Source of the DNA: Balanoglossus misakiensis
Taxonomy: Eukaryota; Animalia; Hemichordata
Assembly (NCBI GenBank): GCA_040954595.2
Contig: CM082577.2
Coordinates: 5,506,301 to 5,570,300, forward strand
Reading direction: 5' to 3'
DNA: 64,000 bases
Part shown: one piece after another, positions 37,701-49,700 of the stretch
Layout of the letters: each line of letters begins with the position of its first letter
Numbering within the stretch: position 1 is the stretch's first letter
The notes under the pieces: generated by a model
The model's database searches: none
Told to the model about the DNA's origin: nothing
Seen by the model: the letters and a program-made list of their open reading frames with translations, nothing else
Made by a program: the position numbers and the translations under genes

Positions 37701-40700
37701 AATAAAAATACATCAAAAGAAAAAAATAACATTTTCACAATCCACATTGGAGTATTGGCTGTTCACTCAATCATCAGCTACCGCACTACAGAATGAAACG
37801 AAAAACAAAAACTTGTAAATTGAAGGAACTACTCGCCTCCTTCTTGGCCTCCACTTCCACGGTGTCCTGTTCGATCTTGATCATCAGTTTCTCCGTCTCC
37901 TCCGAAGTCTGGATGAGCTGCGGCTGCAGGTCTCGCAACTCCTGCTGCATGATGGAGACCTGGGAGGCGGCGAAGGCCAACTTCTCCAGACCGGTCAGGT
38001 AGCGGTTCCTCAAGGTGTCCACCTCCCGCCGCTTGATGCGAAGCAGCGTCTTGAAGGTCATGATCAACTCCAGGTAGGAGGTCGGGGTCACGTAGTTGTG
38101 TCGCCGCAGCATGGCGTAGTAGCTGCAACAGTTACGACAGAGACCGTGAAAATCACATGCGGGACCACACATCTTGTCAATGACATTTTTTCAAAATTTC
38201 TGCCCACACTCCACAGGATATTTTTGTCAATAGTCAATGTTTTTCAAAACACTTATAAAATCAAAGGCCAATACTAATAGGTTACAACATTACAATGCAC
38301 CTGTAGTGCACCGCTTTCAAGAATGACCGAAAGACTGATAAAAAAACAGGCTCACGCGACCACTGCACACTGGCCGTATGTTTTTAACACAAGGACTTAC
38401 TCTTCTGATAAATTCCTGACACTCTCATGGTAGTATTTGCACATCTGCACGCATTCAACGTGGAGCTCTTCGTCCAGGTCCAGCTCTTCCAAGAACTTGT
38501 TGGCAACCATCTCCAGGGCGTCCTCCGGCCACGCCTAGCAACACAATTTGACAGAATGAGGAGTTGGACACATGAACAGCCGATTAGGACCGAAGCGATC
38601 GATAATGGTGACACTCATTGGTTGATAAAACGTCCCCTAAGACAAAGTTAGAGATAATCAACCAATCACTATCCCCGACTCACCTGAAACCAATCGATGG
38701 TGCAGCAGTTGATGAGCGATGGAAACTGACGGAGTCTGTTTCGGAAAGCGTCGCCAATCGGCGAGAAGGCCAGCACCACGTGGAGATGTGCCCGTACACG
38801 CTCGATGAAGTAATTGTACATAGCAAGCGGTGTCCCTTCAATCTTCTTACCCTGTGTCAGAAAAAAAAAAAGAGTTCAGAAAATGTGTCAGATTGGAAAA
38901 AAATAGTTGTGAAATATGAGAGTCAAAGCTGCACAAACTTTAACATTATGACAAGTTTATCAGTAGGATTTTTACATATGTCTGCCATGTCAGCTTAGGC
39001 TGCAATTGATCTACAATTAAGTAACCAATCCAAACGAGGTAGGTTGGTATGTTTTGGGATTTGCACCTTTGAACCCAGCTCAGAAGAAAACTTCTGCATC
39101 ATGGCTGACCAGGGGGGGGTCATTATTAAGACCATGGTAACGAAAACTTCGTTCTCACCTCGTTCCTGGCTACAGTCTGCATTTTCTCAATGAGTTCCGC
39201 TTTTTCATCGGGAGGGAAGAGGTTGGGTACGTCCGCCGTGTTCAAGATCATGTTGACGTCTTCAACGAAAGATTCATCCTTGATCTGGTTGTCACTGAAC
39301 AGGAAAGTTGTCTGCTTCCCTTCACATCCAGCTTTCACCATCAGCTGTTGGAAGCAACAATCAAGTCAAAGATTTGAATAAGATGATCGACTAAAGCCAC
39401 GTTGAATTTAAGTCCGATATGACTTTGACAAAATGCTGCCCCAAGAGGGCGCTCTTGTTGGGCCAAACGTTTCATATAGAAAGCAATCCAAGAAAATTGA
39501 ATTTGGTGCTTATGCATGTCAGGTTAGAGGCTGCTGACATGAGAATGTCCTTCTCTTGATCACAAGACACAGTACGTCACATCAGGTCAAATTTTAAACT
39601 CAGTAAATCCCGTTCTGAGAATACTGTATACATTTCAAAACTTGGGACAAAACTTTGGTAGTGATTAAGATGACATCTGCAGTAGTTCTTTACCTTTCTA
39701 ATATCGTCTCTCCATTCAACGTTGGTGTAATTCTTTGTGATCTCGATCTGAAACAGTTCATAATCTGCCATGAAAGTGGCCAACTTGGTGGCACTCTGTC
39801 TGCCACTGCCACCAATACCTGAAAGTTAACCATATACAACACAGTGTCAATTCTGGGCACACACTTACACACACACCATTAAAGTTTGATCCATTTGTGC
39901 GTTTTAGTTGTTATTTTTTCTCTGGACAATTTATTTTACAACTACCCGGTAAAACAACACTTTCATCTGAAGGTGAAAAAAACAACAGCAAAGCTTACCA
40001 ATAAGAAGAGCATGTCCATTGTCCTGTTTCAACACACGGCTGATACGTGATATATGTTCAATGGCGAACTTGAACATGACGAGCGACATTGGTGCTTTGC
40101 TGATCATGTTGTACTCTTCCAGGTAGTGTTCCATGACCGTGGTCAACTCCTTGAGGTCGACGACCTCATCGTAGACCTTGGCGTCCGCCTCAGGGTTCAT
40201 GTAGTCACCAAAGAACAAACTCCTGCATTCAGCAAAATGGAAAAAAAATAAACAACAACGAAGAAACAGATTAATTGAAACCAAATCATGTTCTATAGGC
40301 CTAACTCTGGAACAAAATGTTGCCTGCAGACTACTGCAGTATTCTATAGAAAACAGGTGGGATTAGTCACGTTATAGCAGTGCAAATTAATACATGTACA
40401 CACGGGTGAGCATGTTCATAGAGATATGTGTATACTATTTCTATAGCCGTTTTTCACACATGGTTTTGTTTATACCATGGTGCTTTCGAATTCTGGGTTT
40501 CAACTATCGCGCTCAAAGATTCCCAATACATTTTTTTGCCGCACACGAAAGACAAGAACAAAGAAACAAACCTGATATTGTCGTCCACAACTTTTCCGCT
40601 TGGCGACAGATGGCTCAGCACTTTATCTATGCTGACTTTAAAATGAGACTGCGTCTGCTCTTTGATGATTTCAAAGAATGTAATTCTGTCGATGCAAAAT

Positions 40701-43700
40701 ACAAACAGAAAAAGTAAAACTTGGTTAAACATCGTTAAACTGTAAGCCGGAACAGCAACAGGTCTATGCAACACACCATTCTCTTAATAAATGAATGCAA
40801 TTTTTCGGCTAGTAGTGTTAGAATCCTAACCTGTCCTGTTCATCGATCAATCTGTCGTAAAACACACGATAGACTTCGTGAATCCATAGACGGATCAGCT
40901 TGTCGTTCTCTTGTAAATGTGTGTGCGGCATCAGAAGCACGCCTCGGACAACACGAGCAAAGTCACGCAAGTTGAAGACGTAATGCGACTTGGTGGGTGT
41001 GGGCAAGAAGCTGGCTACTGCACTCTTGTAGACAGCCATGGTGGCTTGTACAAGGATCTGGAATGAAAGTAAACCAGGTTCTAAAAATTAATAAACAGCT
41101 GGCATGAGAGTGTTATACCCTCTCATTTACACTCAAAACAGTAGAGTCTGCAGGACTGTTAACGTCAGTATGAGGAAAGTGCAAACAAAGCAGCAAAACA
41201 CCTGACAGATTTACATGATAGCTAAAAATATCAGACAAATACTGACCTTGCCATATCTGGCGAAAGAGGCATCAAATCCTTTGCCGAAATGCCAGTCCAC
41301 GATGGAACTGAAGATCTTTGTCATGGTTGTGTCGTCGAATGAATCAATGGTGATGATGTTTGTATGTCTCGTGAAACGACCTGTGATGTCATTTCTGCCA
41401 CCACCCGGTGGTCCCATCGCTGTCACTAGGATCTGAAAGAAACATGGATAAGATAAAAGTGTTAATGACTGCAATATAGTAGACAAATGGTGCTTATATA
41501 GTACTATAAATACTTCACCAAGGGTGAATTTGCCGCTGCATGTATCTCTATCAAAAATAAGAGATTATAAATACATGTAACATGAAAACTAGTGGTAAGA
41601 TTTTCAATTACAGATAGACCACCAAATCACTATTTACCAAATCAATGAGTTCCAGTCTGGACGTATCTTTCTTGTCGTACCAGTGTTTGTGATCGACATA
41701 CTGTCTCAGTAACTCAATGGGAGGCTGGGCGCCGTACTTCTCCTTGGCGGGCATGTTGAGATCATCAACAAATACCACGCACTTCTTTCCCATGGGTGGT
41801 CCGTAGATGCCCTTACGTCGCCTGTGGGTAAAATAAAATATAATCAGAGTGGAACACACCTGAGTATAAAACACAAGAACATGTCCAACCAAAAGCTTTC
41901 TTGAATCATCCTTGTTTAACATGCATACCAAATAAACATCGTCTAAACTGCAATGACATTTTGTGAATGACTTGAAATGCTACTACTGGGTGCCAAGTTT
42001 TGAATGTGCAAGTTGGTACTGTTTTCTCTTACCTGTCTAATTTGGACATAATGATGTCTTGAGTCTGGTTGGCCGATGTCCTGGCTGAAAAGTTGATCAT
42101 GTTTGGCAGGTATCTGCAATAATAAAATTTTTAAATGACAATGTAGAACAACATCGAAATGTCTTCAACACTTGTTCCTTTCGCCAGTATAATTCTAACA
42201 TATATTTTTCAGTGACTGTTTCAAGTCTAATTATCAGGATTGGGACGGGACTTCCAGGAAATTTTCATTCCCTTGACAAACTCATCGCACTTCAACCAGA
42301 GAGATTTCAAACTTGAAACCCGAGTACTTACAGATCCTTGGGAAGGCTGACCAGGTAAGCATTGGTGATAGCCGATTTGCCAGTACCAGTGGGACCGACA
42401 AACAGCAACGGCACTTCGTGATCCAAGTACGTCTTCAGGAAGAAGGTCTGTCTCGCTGTCTCGTTGGTTGGGATGATCAAATCGCTAACCTGAAATCAGA
42501 AGTCAAGCAAGGAGGGGTCAAGTACAGGTCAAAATGAAAAGGATGACGTATAACCTTTGACCTTTGATACACACGCTTTCTTCTGAGCACTGCAGGTACA
42601 CAGAAAACAAACTTATACAAGATGAGTTGTACTGTTTAGGTCAAAGGTCAAATGAGATAGTCACCTTGGATACGTTACACTATGGGATATAATGATGAGG
42701 GACATTCTGTGTAAAATGTGATTGATGTAACTATGGAAACGTCCACCTTAACCCACATGACCATAGTAACAATTCCCCAGTTGGACAAGAAGATGAAGAT
42801 CGGTGGTAGAAATCGATGAAAGGTAAACTACACCATTTATTCAAAAAAAAGTCATGCAATTACGTATATCTTGGTTAGTAATGGTGTTACGGGAAATCAA
42901 CACTTTTGGATGACAATTAATTAACAGCCAGGCAGATTTTGCCGCTCTCATACATTGTGCACATCTTAAACTACTTGACGATCTTTGTACTACCTATCCC
43001 AAAATGCACCATAGAGGAGTCAATGTTGGCAATGTTGTACTACATTTCCCGAGTTCAATATTCTGTCGGAAAAGCTGATCTCTATACACAGCAATCAACT
43101 GTAATGTATATGCCAAAAAAGTCTGAACAGCAAAGAACGTTATACCAATCAAGTCTTCCTGGATGGTGCATTCTGGGATCAGAATATAAGAACATGTACG
43201 AGAGTCGCAAACTCTGCTATTGGACAATTTATTTTCAAAGATGGCAGCAAATTCCCACACATTTTGTAGATTTTTTGCTTCTGCTTTGCATGCATTCATC
43301 TCTGAACACAAGTATTTTCTAAAATATAAATTTTGAAAAAATCCAAAGAAAATGTTAATGAAATGTAATATAAAATATGCAGATATGCCATCAGTGTAAA
43401 CTGCAATCTTTCATCCAAAAGAGATGATACCTTTTTTTGAAAGCAATAAACTACATAGGATAATGGAATGTAGATTTATTGTCTAATGAATGTGGAAGAA
43501 CCGGGAAAATGTGAGGTCTCTCTATCGGGTGTTTTTGATTATAATACGGAGCAGCATTATTTCTACTAACAGAAACCTCTTGTTGAAAAGTTTGAGGCTT
43601 TCCAGCTTGTGGCAGACCACTGTACGGCAAACCGACAGGGAAGTTGTTCTGTTTATGGAATCAGAACCAATTCAGTCTGGTTAATGGCGAGTTGAAATCA

Positions 43701-46700
43701 AAAAGAGAGAGAGAGAGAGGAGCAAAAAAACAACAAGGGAAAAAAGAAAATATGCAAAACAAAACACACACATTGATGAAAATCAGACATGAAATTAATT
43801 TAGTGTTAGTGAGCATGTGCATATGACTTGATCTGGTGCAACATGGCCTTTTCATGCATTGTGTTGAACGTGCCGTGTTGTGATACCACAGATGATTAAG
43901 GGGTTATCGTTATCGTTGTTAGTAATTGAAGAGGAGGTTAGGGGGTCTTACAGGACGAAGGTGTTTAATGTGGGCTGGGTCTCTGCACATGCTATTACTG
44001 TACTACTCTCTATGTCAACTATTATTGCCGTCTGCATCTGCTAACATCGCCCTCTATATAAGGTATGCTGTTATTACAGGCTCGTTATTATTACCCTCTA
44101 TGTCTGATAAAGCGAGGCTGCTCTAAATGACGCTTTTAAGTGTTCGGAATACTTTGAATGAGAGCAGGCTTTCGCATGGTGGCCATTTGATTGGTCAATG
44201 ACATGGCTGATTATAGCGAATGAGTGCAGCAAATGAAAGGCTAATTAGCACCAGCAAACATGGGGCAAATGAATGGATAGCTAGCTATTTAGCAGCAAGT
44301 GTAGCTAAACCATGTGGCTTTGATGCATGTTAATGCAGGTTGTATAAATGTGAACATACAACTTTGATGTCAATGTAAGAATACATTTATCTGGAACAAA
44401 ACTATAATTCAAAATAGCATTGTTTGAATGATACAGTCTAGCTGCTTTATAACTTCAAAGCTCAATGATCAAGTAGTGATTTTCTTTGATAATAAAATAA
44501 AGAAAACAAAGTCAGGCACTGCATATGGTAAAATTTAAAGAAGCTCACAAATTGGCACCATTTCAACTCTTCATCACAACATGGTGAGGAAAAAAGTTTT
44601 CTAATTTTGAAAATACCAAATAAAATATATATTCAATATAAAATTAACTTTGGGCATCGATGAATCATATAGACTAATGCTACACTAACTGAAGCTGAGC
44701 TTGAAATGGGTTTTGCATTCACATCAAGTCAGTGCACTGGACTTACCTTTGCAGTGGCTGGGATTTCATGTTTGCCCACACCTCTCTCGATGTAATCAAT
44801 CCAGTCACTCCACTGACCGCTGGCATGTTTGTAGAAGTAGAAATCATAGATGGTGCCTCGCTCTGGGAATGAGTTACTCTGCAATATAGTGTTAATATGT
44901 CGACTGTGAGCAAGTTATGGGATTATAAAATATCTGTTGTAAAGAGAGATCAAATATTGATTTCTCAACCGCGATTATACTTTTGAAGGATTCTGACTCA
45001 CCTTGGAAATTTTGATACTTTTTGGTTTGGGATGCTCTTGCAGCGTTCCACTGATCAGGGTCCTGAAGAAGTGATCGAACTTGACGCGACTGTTGCCATC
45101 AAGGGTGCCCCCAATAGTCCAAACCAGGGAGAACAGGAAGAGACCCTGCAGCCACAAGGTCACCTGGGAACGGAAACCACATATGAATGGTAAGAACGGT
45201 GACACCTGTCATGACGGACACCTCCCTAATCAGGGCACCTCTCTATTAAGGACATATTTCCTGTTCCTGAAGGTGTCCTTAATAGGCAGGTTTCACTGAA
45301 CATGTTATTGGCACAACATCCCGAAGGTGGTGGTGTGTGACACCTGCACAACCCCCTTCAGAATGAAATCTCCCAAATCACTTATGTTTCATCAACTATG
45401 TCATTCCACTGACAACTAGGTGTAGGTGTGAAGGTGAACACTATACCAAAGTATTATTTACAGACAAGTCACATCAAAAAAATAAAAAATCATGGGTGAC
45501 AACTCAGAAACACTCCTCAAACTCTGTGTACAACTCCAACTTCTAATCCAAGAAACTATACGCTAGAAGAGACAACACTTGTTATTGAACTGTGTGGAGA
45601 TTGTGTGCATACGGAAAAGTACAGCACTATTTCAATATCATCTGACCAGACTGGTGTAAAAGTGTTGGTGTTAGTATCTAGTGAAAATCACTCCACATCA
45701 AGGTAACACTGCTCTTTACGTACCGTCTACAGGTTTCATGCATGGGTCAATGGCAAATGTAGAAATTGAAAAAAAATTGGATGAAATGTAATATATTTAA
45801 AGGTTACCAGAGAACAACCATCATCTGACATGATTATATGCTTGATTTTAATACTATGTTGAAAAATACGTCATAAACATTTGAAATTTATAGGAAACAA
45901 TTGTCCTGAGATCACATTTTTCTGTGTTTGATATAAAACAAATTCTGAAGAATCCCTGCCCAAGATCTGCCGTACCTGTTGATTAGTTAGAGCTCCCTCC
46001 TGGCCTTCTTTGCCACTGGCTTTGATTTCGTCCATCAGGCACGTGTAGAGATTCATGAGAGACTTCGCGAGATGCAGCTCAGATGTGTTGATGAAAGTTT
46101 TGCACTCGTGTCGGATGAAGTCTGGCAGAAGCAAAAATGCAGGTAGATGAGTTTGAAATATCAGCAGTAGCATTCAGAATGCAGCGATCTCGACCAGGGT
46201 TCTGCCCGGCTTGACTTGAGTGCAGGCAACTCATTAATATTCATTCTCATTAACATTCATGTCTGTTGCAAGTCATACCAGTTCATCGATGTATCAAAAT
46301 GAGACAAAATGAGACAATAGACTCGATTGAGTACACAATACTGCTAGCTTCTTTCATATGAGTGCTGACGACACCTTCTGCAGCCTATAAAATGCTTATC
46401 TGCGAAAACGCGAGCGACCCTGAGACTGTACTCACCGAAACACGGCTGCACCAACCACTCAAACAGGTCGTTGATGAGCTCTCGTTGCTCTTTGTTGAGA
46501 TTTGGCGGCAATTCATCCATGTAAGATTCCTTGAGCGGCTTCCAGCCCAACTGATGCGGCTCCATGTAAATCATACCGCAGCGGCTGACGGTGGCTGGCG
46601 ACGCCTGCTCCAAGTCGGCCGGCTCAAACATCAGGTTCATTTTATTATTCATTTGGATGATCTCTCCACTCATCAAACACAGCTAGTAAGACAGAAAAGG

Positions 46701-49700
46701 AAATTTAAAAAAATACTGTTTCTGGTTTGATAAAATAGGTAAAAATCCATAGAATAAGTATCGTTTGACTGGATTTTACTTTCTCTGATTTGTGAAAGGA
46801 TTTATTGTGACAGAAAGATCAAAGATGCTGACTTTTAGAAAGTAAGCAAGCCGCCCCAAATCAAAAATGACTTGCATGAAGCAACCCAGAGACCAGAAAT
46901 GACAGTTTGTCGATCGTACCTTCTTGTTGTCATCTAAGGCAGTGTTCATGTTCTCAATCCAGACCGCATCAACCGGTCCATCAAACACGATCCACTTTCG
47001 GTCATCGTTCGTCGAAGAAGCCTGCTCACGGAATGTATTGGCAAGAACACCTAGGGAAGAAAAAAGTAAAAAAAAAATATTGCTACAAACTGCCAACATC
47101 TTCTCATTATGCTCTGATATCTGGCATGCATTAGATTTGGCCAAAATGCATGAAAACAACAGGTTTGAATGTTTGACAGGGCAATTAATACACGTACCGT
47201 CTGACCATTCATGGGATACCGGATCAAAGCTTCCGTACAGCTGTCCCATGGTGATCGATTTGGGATTGATGATTTTGTAGACCACTTGATATTCTCCCAT
47301 CAGTCCGGCAGCGTGAAGATCTGCTAGGGAATTGGCCAGCACCTGCCAGTTGCTGGTTTTGCCTCCGAGAGGGTCTCCCACGATCATGAAACCGTGGCGC
47401 ACCAACATCATTTCATACACCTGTTGAAGAAACGATTCAAAGGACAAAAACAAACAAAACTCAGTATCAAAGACCAATGTATCATTCAACAACATCAACT
47501 GTTCTTATGCACGACTACCAGAATTGAGTAACCTTACATGTGTCCATGCTTTGTGAAATGACATTCAATATTAATATGGAATGATTTTTTACCTGAATAA
47601 TCTTTTCAATGAACCAAGGTGTTGGTTGCAGATTCTTCTTCTTGGCATTGTCTGTGAGAGCCTCAATGAAGACTTCGTAGTCTGGGACGGGTAGGACAAC
47701 TCCGGGAAACAGATCACTGATGATACCTTCAAAGAGGGGCACATCCTGAGGAAAGAGGGATGACATTGATTTGAAGTGGCACTCTCAATATTGAAAAATA
47801 TAATGTTAACAGCACCGTTTTCAATACCACAATACTTGTGTACTTTTGCAATGGGTGGTGCTTAATAAACGGGTATGGCACCCCATACAAATGAGATGAG
47901 AATTTCACTGCAGCGCATCGATTTTGCACTTCCCGCCTACCTGTGATAAGAATTTGGGCAGATTGACATCCTTGATGGCTCTGAGGACCAGCACTGCTTC
48001 GTTCTCTTCCGGGAACTGCAACTTGAGATTTCCGGCGGCGGTGAGCACAGACTTGACGGCCCTCATGCCGTAGTCGTAATGATGTTGAGACGACAGCTGC
48101 TCCGAGCACAGGCGGTACACGGCCACGATCTTTCCCGACAAACTTCTGGCGTCCACGAAACCCATGGAATAGAGGGAGATTTCTCCGATCAGCCCATAGT
48201 CGGGCACCATCATGGCGACTGTACGGAACAATACCTACAGCCAGGAAGAGAATCATATGATTTACTACAGTCATGCATTTTCCCGCCACTTGTTGTAAGA
48301 ATTTTTGAAACGTGGTATACTGGAATTATTTTTATAGCTGTACATGACCTCTGCACTTTGACACATGTGTTTCATTTGCACGTAAACCAAATCTGCCTCA
48401 ATATTCATAATGTTTAACTCCATCAATAATAGACATTATGCCTTGGCTCAAGGCTGCAGTGAAATAAAGGCTAACATATCCATAGCCAACTCTGCAATGG
48501 CATGGTACTAAAGACCAATGGACGAACCTTCAAATTGTCAGGCAGCTCCGATCTCCCGGCATAACCCGGATTCATGGTGATGAAGATGGTGCAGGTGGGG
48601 TCAAGGGTCAACTCCGTGCCCTCAAACATGAAGCGCTTCAAGTTCATGGCGATGGCGCGCTGAATGCTGTGAATCTGCTGCGCCACCACGGACAACACCT
48701 CCAGTTCAATTCTGTTGAATTCGTCGAAGCAGGCCCAGGCACCGGCTTGGGCCAGACCTTTGAAGAACTTGCCCATGGCCTTGAAATCCAAACCGTCAGA
48801 GCAGTTGAATACAACGCACTGAAACAAAGAATAAAATTCCATAAAATTCTTTATATATTTCTTAAATATTTGCAAGGTATGTATCTTTTCATATTGTTTT
48901 TAAAAGTGAAAATTAACAAGATATTTCAAGTGTATCACTTTCTAAATTTCCGAACACTGACATATTTTCTAATTTCTGCCCCTATAAAGCCTATTAAAAC
49001 ACAACAAAAAGACTAAGTGTAGAAGTTGGAAAGATTTCACCCATTTCAGCCCAATTTCTGGTGAATTACCCCATTGGAGAATATTCCACCCCACTAGATG
49101 GGAGGGGAGGGGGTGGGCGACAGGTTGGGAGGTTTTTTTCTCCCATCATCATCATCTCAGCATCTCACCTGTTTGGCCACGGCTTTGGCTAAATCCTTGG
49201 ATGTCTCCGTCTTCCCAGTTCCGGCCGGTCCCTCCGGAGCGCCGCCCAGATTCAACTTGAGGGCGCCCATCAATGTTCTGTAACATCTGTCAGTGAGCGG
49301 CGTGATGACCAAACGGCCGCTGTTGCCGAGGTATTCGTACCCGTAGGTCATCTCCGTGGTGATCATGCGAACGATGGAGTCGGTTCCTTCCCAGTAGTAA
49401 CGCAGCTGACTGATCCACTGGAAGTCGGCCAAGGAAGACACTTTGTCTTCCGCCAGTTGGGAAACCACATCACGGGCTGAGAAACGAAAAATTGACATAT
49501 ATGTTGATCGCGATAACAAATGCACATGATAAATATGTGTTCGGGCAATGTTTGGTGTAGACAGGTTTCCAGGGTTCGATTCTGACAGGTTTTATAATGT
49601 ACAAGCTGTATCATTCGTTCCCAAGTTCTCACTTGTCAAGGTCAAGGGTCAAAGTTCAACTCACCGTGGACGTCTATGACGATGAGAGCCCCCAGTGTGA

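Noticed and set aside
42994-43311. 105-aa intronic ORF as a nested gene
   Set aside because: Non-ATG start, AT-rich intronic composition, no motif or splice support.
44512-44577. Possible minus-strand C/D snoRNA in a DNAH3 intron
   Set aside because: No terminal stem and no recognisable guide complementarity.
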